Notes: generated by a model not told the origin, from the letters alone. Counted from the first letter of the stretch, positions 1 through 13,228 are shown. The stretch is DNA of 64,000 nt from Octopus vulgaris (GCA_951406725.2 OX597817.1:109244001-109308000), one strand, 5' to 3'. A program made the numbers and translations.

Positions 1-308
1 TTAATAAAATAAATCACCATTTACTAGCTAATTATGATTCTATATTAATGGAAATGGGGATATTTAAAGATGAAATAATCACAAAGAATTCTATATATCT
101 AGAGAAATTATTTAGTTCATCTTGATTACTTCCCTTCCATTATGTTTTTGAATATATCTTATTGACTCCTAATATATGAACTAAATTAATAATGTTTTTT
201 TTTCCACGGTTAGTAAGTATTATGTCTATGACTATGATTATCTTTTAATTCAACTCATTAAAATAATCACCACCTACTAGCTAATTATGATTATATATTA
301 ATGGAAAT

Positions 309-329
<21 letters not shown>

Positions 330-345
<16 letters not shown>

Positions 346-999
346 GAAATGATTTCTATATTTTTTATCCCTATATTAGATTCCCTATATAAGATAATAA
401 TGTTTACTGAAATCATTTTGAAAATTGTCTAAAGTATATTTACTTAAATTTCTTAATATAGAATCCGAATGTCAAATTGGTAGTAGACATTAAAACCTCT
501 AGTGCATTAATAATCTATCTTCCCATAGCCCTCTAACTTCAACATACTAGTATTTTGCGTGGTGCATTCAAATATATATGGGTTCAAATATATATGGGTT
601 CCTCTGAATAGGAATAGATTTATTGGTTTTGACATTTGTTCTACCCCTTCCTATATCTATAAATAGAAAAAGTCTCCATCCAATCAAAAATCCTCCTCCC
701 TACTGATATATCTAAATACCAAAGTTAAAATATACAGTCAGAGAGTAGATTTAATACTATCATGTTCTTAAGAATGAAATCAACCTCTCTGTCTCTGTAT
801 CTACCCTCTTTATAATGTTGGCAAACGAAATAGGGATAAGAATGTGCATTGTCCGTTTGATTGGAAAATTTCTAAAGGCGGCTGAAGATTGCTCGAGATT
901 TTAAAACTGATGTAATGCTTACAGTGTTTAATAAAACGACGTAGCATGAAACGATCGTACCACATTACCTCGGATATACTTGTTGCTTATTTTGATTAT
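330..999 (+). mobile_element. Decayed Penelope-like element 3' end (endonuclease C-terminal remnant, 3' UTR and hammerhead) abutting (TA)n
   Basis: ~446-500 reads KFLNIESECQIGSRH*NL, resembling the PLE C-terminal LLNxRSExxxxCRH motif; hammerhead-like motif at 877-963; ends just before (CA)/(TA)n at ~1000. Left boundary uncertain (imperfect direct repeat 12-60 vs 265-312 upstream). Confidence 0.5.
877..963 (+). ncRNA. Minimal type I hammerhead ribozyme-like motif (PLE-type)
   Basis: GGCGG-CTGAAGA-TTGCT...AGCAT-GAAA-CGATCG-TA-CCAC: intact CUGAnGA and GAAA boxes, stem II TGCT/AGCA, palindromic stem III CGATCG, UA cleavage site, stem I GCGG/CCAC with one mismatch. Confidence 0.6.

Positions 1000-1005
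<6 letters not shown>

Positions 1006-1054
<49 letters not shown>
1006..1054. repeat. (TA)n microsatellite
   Basis: Direct reading. Confidence 0.95.
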
Positions 1055-1059
<5 letters not shown>

Positions 1060-1219
1060 ATAATTATTATTTGAGTGAATAAAATCCAAATTTACAAGGA
1101 AAAAGAATTCAATTTAGAAATATTAAATCAAATTCCAAACGATATAATATATATATTTTCTAGATGGTGCAATGTAATTATTCATTTTGAATTGATAAAA
1201 GGTGTTTTTTCTAATATCC

Positions 1220-1245
<26 letters not shown>

Positions 1246-1251
<6 letters not shown>

Positions 1252-1950
1252 TAGTAAAAGGTGCTGATAAACAACACCAACATGCTAGAGATAGACACCA
1301 AATAGCTCTAAAAGCTACATCTTACACTCAGTTAGGAATGAAAAAGATTGTTTTTTAAAAAAGAGATAATTATAGGTCGATTTGCAGCTTAGAGATATAA
1401 AATCCCTTTGAAGTCTTCAGTATAATATACCACATAGTATATAGGTACAAATATTTAATATATACTCATACGAATAATACATTTGATATGTAATCTTCTT
1501 TGATCAAGTTCACTCTGCTTTCCTAAAATCTATGTAAACAAAATAACCTTTTTCTGTCTTGATAATGAAGTATATAAATGAAACCATAAGCTTCTTTAGA
1601 TACATTTTATACTAATTAACATAAACTCTTGCGAATAAACTACAAAAATTCACAAAATCAGACAAAATTTGCATTGTTTCGAAGTAGGTATATAATTGTA
1701 TCTGTCAGGGCTTTTTAAGGTAGAATATAGTAACTATGTTATTTCCAATGTTAATGTTTTCAGACATAATAATCTGACCTTCGCATTTTATTTACAATGC
1801 ACCTAAACTGAAAATAGCAATAATGCTATTTACTGTCCAGTTCTACGACATGCTGATGGTTATCTATATCCAAAAAGAAGAAAGTTTAAAGCATATATTC
1901 GTCCATTTATTTTTATTCTCTTTTCTACTTACTTTTCCCAAGCAATAATC
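1246..1950 (-). mobile_element. Decayed Penelope-like element 3' end abutting (TA)n
   Basis: Minus strand ~1693-1650 reads YIPTSKQCKFCLIL (PLE YxxxSKxCxLCL motif), followed downstream by a hammerhead-like motif at 1369-1426 and then (TA)n. Right boundary uncertain. Confidence 0.45.
1369..1426 (-). ncRNA. Degenerate minimal hammerhead ribozyme-like motif
   Basis: Minus strand ATTATA-CTGAAGA-CTT...AAGCT-GCAAA-TCGA-CC-TATAAT: perfect 6-bp stem I, intact CUGAAGA, palindromic TCGA; GAAA box and UH site mutated. Confidence 0.45.
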
Positions 1951-2137
1951 TATCGGTCACTATAATGACCTGTTCATGTATATTCATATATTCATATGCT
2001 TCCATAGACTACAGAATGTAAACTTCGATGTACATCGGATTTCTTTCTAGTGATATATATTCACAAAACTATTCTCCACAGAAGCTTAAAACAGATCGGT
2101 TAATAAAAACTATATAGGAGGATTTTAATACATAATC

Positions 2138-2193
<56 letters not shown>

Positions 2194-2220
2194 CAGCAGC
2201 AGCAGTGGCGGCGGTAGTGG
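2138..2220. repeat. (AGT)n/(AGC)n trinucleotide microsatellite
   Basis: Direct reading. Confidence 0.95.
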
Positions 2221-2692
2221 TTAATATACAAACAAGAATCCTACAATGTGTTGACAGATTTAGATAAGAGAGGAAAAGAGAAATATCCCAAAACAAAAAC
2301 AAATCAACTAATAATTAGAGTAAAATAGACATAAAAATTATATTGAAGAATACTGTAGAGTACATCTAGTCCATTGCCAACATCCTGCACATTCTAGTTA
2401 ATGAATGAGCCAGGGTAAAAGCCAAGAATGCTGCAAATATTCTGGGCTAAAAGGAGAATTAGGTGGTATAAACTGTACCAGACGCTACAATGGCCAACAT
2501 TTCCAGAAATTGGATGCCCCATATATAATTAAATATTATGTCTGTACTGGATACAAATTTCCAGCTTGAATAGGGTAGCAGACGCTACACTAACTACGAT
2601 CGATAAACCAGTCATTATAATAAGACATAATAAAAGCAATATTTACAACTCTTTCAATATAGATGGCAAGTGTAGAGTTATCCTTAGACAAT

Positions 2693-2833
2693 GATTTCAA
2701 ATTTTTGGTGTAAGGCCAGCAATTTCGAGGGAGGGATTAAGTCGATTACATCGAAAAGATGAAGAGCTGAGTCAACCCCAACGTCATATAAACTCAGAAT
2801 GTAATATCGGAAGAAATAACGCTATGCATTTTG
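2693..2833 (-). mobile_element. tRNA-derived SINE family A, partial and diverged
   Basis: Shares tail (TTTCAAATTTTTGG..AAGGCCAGCAATTTCG..AAGTCGATTACATCGA) and body with other family A copies in the window. Confidence 0.7.
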
Positions 2834-2989
2834 ATTCTGTCCAGACAATGCCGCCAAAATGAGGGTGTGACGGACTAAATCCGATAGAATATATTTTGGG
2901 ACACAGAAACCTGTCTGTATAGCTTATCCACCAAAATTAAAACTACTGCAATCAAAATATAACTTGTATCTTTCTGAATCCTATCATAG

Positions 2990-3330
2990 AAAATATCATT
3001 GCAAAAATAGTATGAAAGTTTAGCATGCAGACAGATATAATACAGTGTAATGAACCTAACATACCCCCCATTAGCAAATGACAATCACATATAATTTATC
3101 GATGCAACAATACCAAATGTCAATAATATTAAGCAGAATGAAGCTAAAAAGCAGAGGGATATCACCAAACATGCTGTTGGAGCAATACATTCAAAAAGTG
3201 GTATCTAAAGAATACCAATTGTAACTGAAATAGCTCGAGTGAGAAAAAAACTGTTCCTGTAATTACAGAATCAAGCACTTTATAGAAAATAGCAATTCAG
3301 GCATCTCTAAATATTGTTAGGTTATCTTCA
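2990..3330 (+). mobile_element. Highly decayed R4/Dong-clade LINE fragment (restriction-like endonuclease region)
   Basis: Reads KIV*KFSMQTDIIQCNEPNI...FIDATIPNVNNIKQNEAKKQR..IPIV, matching the RLE consensus WDxxIQTD..NRPDI..IDVxxPxDxNIxxKExEK..IPIV. Confidence 0.5.
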
Positions 3331-3699
3331 CTTGTTATTTATTTAACCTGGAGTATTTTGGTTAAACGAAAATCCCTGTTAACCTATTAAATCCGTCTTG
3401 ATATTTGGCATAATTTTCGAAAAAATTTCTTCTTATACTCATACATTCATGTTCACCTTGAACTTTCAAGGATGTTAACTATTTAACCTTGGACGTATCT
3501 GTGCATGTTCCCAAAAATATACATCATTCTTATTCTAAAAAGGGAAAATGTTAAGTATTTGTTGAACAACTAACGACTATTGTCGTTGTTGTTTTCGTTG
3601 GCATCGTTTCAACAGGCAAATCATTTATCAAAGAGAACAGTCACAAGATGTGTAACAGTCCTTTAGATATTTTTTTCTTTCCTTATGTTTCAAAAACCT

Positions 3700-4250
3700 T
3701 TTTCCAATTCTTTAATGCCGTGCACCATTCACGGTTATAGTCGTTTTGTTTTATTATTCAAACTCCTAAATATTTTGCTCAGTTCGATAAACCATAGCGC
3801 TGTATCCCATCATCTAAACAAACAAAGAGTCCATAGCTTACTTGTTTCCTCTAGCATCTAAAGATATTCTTTAACAAATGCCCTTTTCCTTTGATTTTTA
3901 CTTAATCCGATCTGCTTCCAATATTCCTAAGTATTGGTATCCACTAAATATTTGTATTATTTACGTATTTGAATGTCTTTCATCATTTGCCCTCCTAGTA
4001 TCACTATCCCATGAAATGACACTTTTACTCTTCATAAAAGTATCCCACACCTCTTAATCTCGAAATCCATCCCTATATCTTTACTGGATATATGAACACT
4101 GCTTGCTAATGCACCTATTTGACCTGTGTTGTGCTCATCTAAATAAATGATTCTGATGCGTTCTCTTACACTTAGTCATAACCAATACCTGTTTATTTAA
4201 AGCCGGCATTCAACGCATGATGAACGCAACGAAAAATAGCTATGATAAAT
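3700..4250 (-). mobile_element. Decayed R4/Dong-clade LINE RT/thumb fragment
   Basis: Minus strand reads SKDIGMDFEIKRCG...YQYLGILEADRIK...KEY...NGA, matching FSxDIGMEFGxxKC..YKYLGILE..LTMxGAxHP. Confidence 0.6.
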
Positions 4251-4499
4251 TGTTACCTTAAATGATTCCTCCTTTTTTATTTCAATCTATGTGAGTGACA
4301 TTCTTGACAGCATAAATAGATTTCTACTTGATTTTCTGCCATACTTAATTTCTGCATGGGATTATATATGTGTATACAGAGGTTGTATATTAACTATCTT
4401 CCTTTGCCACCATTGTCCATCATCAACTGTCCTGCAACAAAGTAATATGATGGTGTAATGCTACTGATTGTTACAGAGATGATGAGATTGGATAACGGC

Positions 4500-5260
4500 T
4501 CATTGACTCCTGCTGTTGAGTACGCGGCGATTTTTTGCTATTATCTTCGCATTTTCTTTTGGATATACAAAATATAGTGTTCTGAGACACTTATATTCTG
4601 CTCTTGTATCTTTCCAGAAGTCCTATAATTGCTCTTCTACCACACGTGTAAGTGGTGTGCTTTCTGGTCTACAATGCCACCTGATATCCTTGATGTATTT
4701 TCTATCAGAATTCAGAATATAGCTTTGGAGTTACTATGTTGTCTTCGAGGCCCTACAGAACTTGCATTGCCTATGCAGGCCTCAGTCAACCACATTTCAT
4801 TTCGTGTCACCTCGACACTCGATGGTAGCCTGTTTTTTTTCCGCAGATGTGACAATCAACCAACCAATAACCAACTTTTCTGGGCTATGATCGTCTTATG
4901 TAGCGTTCAATTTGCTGGAACACCAATTTGGCGCATGACAGCGCATTAGAAACGCACTGTATCTACTTGCTTTATTTTGGCCTCATCCTAGGTATTGAAA
5001 ACGAAGCACTCACTTTCATAGCACTAACCGTATCAGCAGAACGTACACTGTGCAATCCAGTTTCTCAAGTCTTACGACGCAACTTACAGCTACTCATTTG
5101 AGAGGATACAGAAAGCCTTCCAGAAAGAAGTTGATTACCTTCCTCTTTGCTTGATCTAATTACATTTTTAAGACTAGAAAACGCACATTGCTGTGATGTA
5201 CCGCTACCATATCATTGCTTGACTAGAATCGACACAAGTGTTTTAGTATTCCTTAGCTTG
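4500..5260 (-). mobile_element. Probable decayed LINE (RTE-like) fragment
   Basis: GC-richer block with a FQYLG remnant on the minus strand (~4990-5005); heavily frameshifted. Confidence 0.3.
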
Positions 5261-6259
5261 TAATACTTGCAAAGTAGTCTCTGTTACTACCTTTGTTAAA
5301 ATCGTACACATGTGTGCTGTTGTTGTTGTTGCTCTTGTTGTTTGGATATTTTCTTTATAACGTGTATATTTACTTTCCTTCTGTGAAATTGCAACTGTCT
5401 GTGTTTGTAGCTCTTTGTTCTATTGCTATTATTTTCTTTTTATATATTTCAAAATTCCGTTTATTTGTTGTTACTTTTCATTTATTTAATTATTTATTCA
5501 ATTATTTTAAGATTTTGTAGAAATGTATCGTATCTATTATTCCTTTGTTTCGAACATCGTTTCTTACTTCTCCAGAAGGAGAAAATAAGTTTTTGAAACA
5601 ATATAAACTTAAGAAAACGTATTGAGAAAGACATAGTATCACTTAAAGTATCGTTGTTTGTTTATCCTACATAATTATGCGTTAACTCGTTTTCAGAATA
5701 ATGTAACAAAAAATTCATCACGTGAACTTGGTAATAATCCAAATATCCTGGAGTAGTTAGAAAATACGCCTGTTCATACAACGGGAACAACAACCATAAC
5801 AACCACAACAACATCATTGATAATAAATTTTATGTATTTCTCACCAATTTCTATTCATTCCGTAAAATAAATGAATAATAAAGTTATTAGAAAAACGTGT
5901 AGGGATGCAGACAACATTATACTGATAAAAAAATAGCAAAGACAAACTACGCACAATTACACTAAAAATTAAATCCGTTTGTAAAACACAAGCGTAATTT
6001 AAAAGAATATAATTGAAAAATAAACCCCAGAATGATGATAAAGATCTTTCCTCAATAGATACCGAGAATAATTCTTACAATAATAAAATATAACATTAAA
6101 GTAAAAATTTTGATATAATATTCATGCAAAAACATAACATTACCTGTTACCTACTTTGAAGTCGATGACATGGGATTCCTGATACGCTTCATATTGTTAT
6201 ACCCTAAGGGGTCCCCGGTTAACTCTGGTGTCGAATCTCAGCAGAAATGTTCCGCATCC

Positions 6260-6360
6260 AGCGGCGAGGTGGCAGGACCATCAACACGCCGGACGAAATG
6301 CTTAGCAGTATTTCATCTGTCTGTATGTTCTGAGTTCAAATTCGATCGAGATTGACTTTT
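6260..6360 (+). mobile_element. tRNA-derived SINE family A, 5' part
   Basis: GCGGCGAGGTGGCAGG..CGAAATGCTTAGCAGTATTTC..GTTCTGAGTTCAAATTC head with A/B-box-like motifs. Confidence 0.75.
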
Positions 6361-6569
6361 TGAATCCATTTGCAAATTCATTGAAGAACAAATGCAGGTG
6401 GAAATACCTATCAAAGTCGAAGGAGAATGATCTAATCATGTAACACCACCCCCGAAGTTTTAATATAAAATAGCGAAAATGAAGGATTAATATTCCTTCG
6501 AAGATGCTAAAAAAGATTATGATCCTACAAATCTGCTTTCAGAGAGATGAAGCCTCTCCGCACCGAAAT

Positions 6570-6634
<65 letters not shown>

Positions 6635-6640
<6 letters not shown>

Positions 6641-7304
6641 ATATTTCGGAATGGTCATATTGCCAGTTTAGCCAATAAAAATACACGCACTATATATTTG
6701 GTGTTATTTTGCTTCAGTGTTATTTATTCTTTGCATTAATCTTAATCATATTTCGGCCAGAGTTCTTTCGTCACACTCCTGTGACCGCATCAGTGGTCCT
6801 TTGTTTTCTTCTTTCTTATTTGTGTCTCTCCTTACTAACCGTCAGCCATTTTGTATTTCTATTGTATGTCTTCATTTGCGCATGCTTATATCTCTATGTG
6901 CGTCTATGTTTATTTAGTGTGTGTGTGTGGCTGGCGTACTATCTGAATACAAAGTTTGTTTTCGGATATTCTGATTACATATTTCGATTTTGCAGCATTT
7001 CAGCATTCTACGGGTTTAAATTCCTGCTGACGTCATTTGTTTAGCAACGCTTATGATCACTTATTTGTCTTCAGTAATGGTCCACTGTTCTGGCAGGTTG
7101 TTTTTATACATATGAAATTTGTCTATTAAAAGTTTTCGCCGCTTGTTTTTGCCTGACAGATATAGGAAGTACAGCAATCCGGTTGGCTAATTTCCTTGTT
7201 TTTCTGATGTCTCGGTCAGCTGCGTATATACACATACAATTAAATACAAAATGGCTGACGGTTAGTAAGGAGAGACACAAATAAGAAAGAAGAAAACAAA
7301 GGAC
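6635..7304 (-). mobile_element. PLE-type repeat (family P1) with hammerhead variant and inverted terminal duplication, joined to (TA)n
   Basis: Same terminus as copies at 10575 and 30614; hammerhead variant at 6755-6799; 7242-7304 is an exact 63-nt reverse complement of 6796-6858. Confidence 0.7.
6755..6799 (-). ncRNA. Minimal hammerhead variant (CUGAUGCG core)
   Basis: Minus strand GGACCA-CTGATGCG-GTCAC-AGGAGT-GTGAC-GAAA-GAAC-TC-TGGCC: 5-bp stem II, GAAA, UC site, stem I CCA/TGG plus GG/CC. Confidence 0.6.
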
Positions 7305-9088
7305 GTCATTGAGTTTTTAACAAATGAGGACGTGTAGCTATCTCCTACGAACGTATATATACAAATCAATTTCGGCTTAAAAGTGTTCTGATACTCACCG
7401 ACAAAAGCAACGAGAAGAATTCTCATTCATGTTCTATGAGAGAAGTCGTAAAAATTAGGTCCTTCGATATCTTTTTTCTTACATTTTAATACTCCCCCCC
7501 CCCCACCCAAAAAAAAAAACGAAAGATATTAAGAGTACAATTCGCTCTAAATTAAGGTGAATTTTCAACCCTAAAACTAACTCTTTCATATTGTTTCCTG
7601 CGTCGAAATAAAAATCGTTTCTTCTTTTGCGTACATACACATACATCTACATATATGTATGAATATATATATATATGTGTGTGTATGTGTATACACACAC
7701 ATATATATATATATGTATATATACATACATGTGTGAGCGTGTGTGCGCGCGCGACGTATCTGTGTTGAATTGAGAAGATATAGGAAGTATTTTTAGAACT
7801 TAAAAGGCCGTAAATCTCCAATTATAACGCTGAAATATATGAAAAAGCCATAAAATATTGAACCTTTCAGCCTAAAATTTCTTATATTCAATTCTATTGC
7901 TAAACGAGAATAATTGGCATTTTATATTTCAGGTTTGCTATAGAATACTTCTTTTATTATTTTAAATTTTTTCTATGATATCGGTGAATAATGACAGCAA
8001 TATATTTCGATTTGTCTCACAAGCAAAGTTTCTCATGTTCTACTGGAAAAAATCTGACTAGTAATGTTTTTTTAATCGATAAAATAGAATATAAGTGAAT
8101 TATACTTTTTAAGCCACTCCATTTCCTCTTATAAATAGAAGCAGATTAAAGAAGACTGAAGTTTGCTCTTCTCCCAATATATATGAAAAAGACCATTATG
8201 ACGTTTCAATTTTTTTTATACCCTAAATTTGGATCAGACTGTACGTATGCAGTAAGGCTAAGCATAATATATTGCTAAATCATGATTACTGTCAGTTGAA
8301 TTTATGAATAATGCTTGGAAAGGATTTAGAAATATATGTGGTATATATTGAAAATAGTTCAAGTCAACAGAAAGCCTAATATATACATAATACAAATACA
8401 CATACATACATGTACTTGTGTGGTTATGTATATGTATACATGGGTGTGTGTGTGTGAAGGCACGCGCGTGTAAAGTTGTGCATGTGTGTGTGTATGCGTG
8501 TAATGCGAAACAGCATAAATCAAAGGGAATTAAATATCTTTAATATTATAAAGGCGTACTGTGGGCGAAATAAGTATGTAGCCATATTTTATCTTCGCTA
8601 CAGACCTGCGGGAATAAAGAAAGGATTTTTCTAACGAAGCTTTTAATATTTTATTAACCACTCCACAGAGTTGCACACCACTTCATTCCGTAATGAATAA
8701 GACCGTTATAAACCATAACGTCTGCCTAATAACCACACTTGTTCATTTAACGGCTTGTATTTAATAAAGAAATATTAATGTTACCCCAGCACCATTTACA
8801 TTTCTTTTCTACAGTAACTGAATATAACCTACTGATTGAGGAAGGAAGACAGCGACGACTTCTCCAATGAGTAGGCAACAAACCACGAAATGGTCCGCCA
8901 GGAGACTCCTTCCATCTTTCTCTGGTGCATTAATAACTTATAAAAGAATGTGCTTATATTCTTGTATCCCCAGCGAGGTTTTATAATCTTAAATATTTTC
9001 CTTCTGATTTCTCTTCTGTGGCGGGTGGAATTCTTTGCTCTGGCCCGGGTTGGAACCCGGCCACAATAAATAGTAATTTTGTACATAA

Positions 9089-9250
9089 TATGTATATATG
9101 TATGTACGTATGTATGTATGTATGTATGTATGTATGTATGTATGTATGTATGTATGTATGTATGTATGTATGTATGTATGTATTTTGTGTGTATGTATAT
9201 ATGTATGTATTTTGTGTGTATGTATGTATGTTTATGTAGGTATATGTATG
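9089..9250. repeat. (TATG)n microsatellite
   Basis: Direct reading. Confidence 0.9.
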
Positions 9251-9962
9251 TACGTTTAAATCATACACATGATTTTAAACACATGAATTATTTTTTATAA
9301 TCATTTCAAACTATTTTAACTATTTACTTCATGAATGTTTTTAAAATGTCCATTTCACAAATTCACACGACGGAAATCATAGTTTGGCAATATATGAGGG
9401 ATAAATACTTTCGAAATTCAGAGTATTAAAGTGAATAATGTAATGGTCTTTCTGAAAAACGATCTTTGACAGAGAGGGCAAACTAAAAATTCCAGCTGCG
9501 TACAAAGTGCACCAATATAGTAGACATAAATAAAACATACCTTAGATGGATTATACGTCGACTGAATTCATTCGGCAAATTTTGCAATCCGAGTTTCGGA
9601 CATGAGTCCGTCGGCAAGGTAACCAAAGGACGAGACACAAAAATGTACTCAGTAACGTTGAAAAATGATAACCCAGAAGAAATGGGAAGAACTAATACCG
9701 TACTGGCTTGACTAACGATCAGCTGTAGCCAATGATGTTTAAACCATATACAAATACCAAGTACTAGAAAACTGGAGACGACGATTAGGCCGCGTTGCTA
9801 ACTCACGATATCAATCAACCATTACAACTACCTTTATTTGTGCTGCACATGGGTGTGATCATTTGTAATGAGAATGGGTTCTCAATGTGTCTATGCATGC
9901 TCGTCCCTCAGAACCGAGGGGGTTACATCGACAACGACGAAGTGTAAGAGAAATATCAAATT

Positions 9963-10175
9963 GATTTCAAATGTCGGCACAATGCTGGCAAGTTCAGGGA
10001 AGATGGTAAGTCGATTACATTGACCCCCAGTGCTCAAATGGTACTTATCTCATCAACGATGAAATGAGGAAATGCACAGTAGATCACGAAGGAATTTGAA
10101 CTCATAACTTAAAAATGGATGAGATGTGACTAAGCATTTTGCTCGGCGTGCTTAGGATTCTGCCAGTTAGCCGCC
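9963..10175 (-). mobile_element. tRNA-derived SINE family A, full length, diverged
   Basis: Head (..TTCTGCCAGTTAGCCGCC), B-box (GGAATTTGAACTC) and tail all present. Confidence 0.8.
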
Positions 10176-10411
10176 TTAAAGATAAATATAATATTGAAAA
10201 TAGTATGTTTGCACTGTAGATCAGAAATATACATGCCTAGCTCACCACTCGAAATACCATGGAAAACTACCGCAGAGCAATTACGTAATTTCTATTAGAT
10301 TTTCACTGAAATAATAATGTACTTTCAGTTGGAAGAATTGCTTTGGTTGGAACTGAAATTGATATGTAGGTCCCTAAATGAAGGAACGCAGAATATCACT
10401 AAAATAAGGGT

Positions 10412-10849
<438 letters not shown>

Positions 10850-10902
10850 CTGTTTCAACACACGACTTCACATAAAAAATCTTGCACAACAAATATTTAA
10901 AC

Positions 10903-10951
<49 letters not shown>

Positions 10952-11080
10952 TTTAAGTAATTGAGATTCAAGTGAATTTTAATGAATTCACATGAATATG
11001 GTCCTTAACTAGGATGCACTGGAAATCTATATTGTGTTAACCATACGACAAGTAGGGTGATTACAAATAGGAAAAAAGCA

Positions 11081-11151
<71 letters not shown>

Positions 11152-12395
11152 CAGGGTGTCCCCCCAAAAAATGTATGCACACTTTAAACAATTGTAAAGT
11201 AGTTGTTTATTAAAAGACACTTCATTTTCAAAATTTAATAGAATCTACAGACATTATTTTATTGTTTTGTCAATGCCTGTTTTCAAACTGATGTCCGGTC
11301 TGGTCCAGGCACTGCTGACAACGCAAAGGAATGGAATCACAAATATCACAAAAGAATTTGTTTGGTATTTGTGTGCACTCTCGTCCAATGGCTGCTCTCA
11401 AATCAGCGACTTGTAGGTTTCATAGCGTAGAATTTGTCTTTAAGGTATCCCCATAAAAAAAGTCTAGTGGTGTGAGGTCTGGTGAATTCAACCATACCTC
11501 TTCATCCAATCCACCTGTTTAGCAAGATCTCATCAAGGAAGGATCTAACATAGCAATGGTAGTGTGGGGGTGCCCTATCTTGCTGAAAATAAAACTCCTC
11601 ATCTTCAAAGTCTTCTCTAATGCTTGGCATAACAGACTGTTGCAATAAGTTCAAGTAAACGGGACCAGTCACAGTAGCATAACAAAAGAATGGTCCAATT
11701 AATCCTCTTGATGATAAACCACACCACACAAATATAAAATTAACATGGTGTTTCACCATAACATGCAGATTCTCAGGACCCCAGTAGGTGCAATTGTGGC
11801 AGTTAACTGAACCATTTAATTTGAATGTGGCTTCATCACTCCACACAATCTTTGTCGGAAAGTGTGCAGCTTCTACACATCGTTCCAAGTACCACTCGCA
11901 ATGCTGCACTCTTTCGTCTGGATCATCATCATTAATAGCATGGACTAATCTTGGAATGTAACTTTTCCATTGACAATGCTTCAAAATGCATTGGACAGAT
12001 GATTTGGAATACCTACCTCATGACTCGCTTTGCCGCACAGATTTTCTTGGACGTTGGTGATTCATTTCCAGTACTCCTTGCTTTGTTGGGGTTGTTGATG
12101 TTCGGGGTCTTCTGGAATGCTTATCGTGGACATTCTGAACAGTTCCATCAGCTTCAAACTTATCTCTAATTGAAGTGATAGGGAGTTGCATTGGTGGATC
12201 TGTTTGAAACTCCCTCCCCAACTGTTTTTGCACTTCAACTGCATTTTCACACTTCCAGTATCATTTTAGAATTAATTACTTTGTTCAAAGCTTAATCTGA
12301 CTGCCATCATTAAATTCTATAGGTTTCATCTGGAAAGAAAAAATATCAATTGAGTTATCAGCTGCTAAAGTGTGTATACATTTTTTTGAGATACC

Positions 12396-12398
<3 letters not shown>
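11152..12398 (-). mobile_element. Tc1/mariner-superfamily DNA transposon, DD41D (rosa-like) type, full length
   Basis: Imperfect ~33-bp TIRs (CAGGGTGTCC..AAAAAATGTATGCACACTTTA vs CAGGGTATCTC..AAAAAATGTATACACACTTTA), TA on both sides within (TA)n, ~1.25 kb. Confidence 0.92.
11270..12310 (-). pseudogene. Disrupted DD41D-like transposase
   Basis: N-terminal HTH (IRDKFEADGTVQN..RPRT), [37 protein letters not shown]-terminus QCLDQTGHQFENRH*. Several stops and frameshifts; restoring ~11 nt (x-P-P-R) missing before SPDL gives a 41-residue D-to-D spacing. Confidence 0.88.
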
Positions 12399-12465
<67 letters not shown>

Positions 12466-13165
12466 TACAGAGTATCCGATGCAAAGTACGGGGTTAAAAT
12501 TAATTATATTTTGGTGTCTCGAATTATATTCAGATGGCAATAACATCAGAAAATGGAACACATCAACGTTTCTTTTTTTAAGAGTTTTAAAATCTTTATT
12601 GGTTACAAGTTGAAATGACAGCAAGTATTGTAATTTGGTTTAATTATAGCTGGGCAGGTGAAATAGCAAGTAACAAGGAATTTTATTGTAGACATTTCTA
12701 GTAAGAACAGCATAACCGATAATTGCATTGAAATTAAAGTAATTATTTTAAACAACTTAATTACTTACGAAATACTAAACTGTTTTTAATTATGAGTACG
12801 AAACCACTCTTTAACCTATTTAGAGATGTTTAAGTCATCATTGTAATGTTATTATGAGATCGATTATCATTTTTGTCAATTTATATAGTGTGTTTCTCAG
12901 ACGCATATCCACATTCTCCGTCTATTTTATCTATTAGATTTTTTTAATTCTCGGGTTATAAATTCCTATATAGTTAGGAGTATTATTCCTTAAGTTTACT
13001 GTATTTATTTCCATTGTCTATCTGAAAAATATTTATTTTATTTGGAACTTGTACATTTAACACATGAATCAAGTGAGAATTGGGATGCCTATTTAGGTTA
13101 CAATGATGCTTTTAAATTCAGATTTGTTCTTCTTTGTGGCAGTTATAGTAAGCATTGTCGATGGA

Positions 13166-13167
<2 letters not shown>

Positions 13168-13228
<61 letters not shown>

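Noticed and set aside
9582-9617. Minus-strand GGAC-TCAT-GTCC-GAAAC hairpin with TTGC/GCAA flanks
   Set aside because: Core reduced to CGAC; too degenerate to call a hammerhead.
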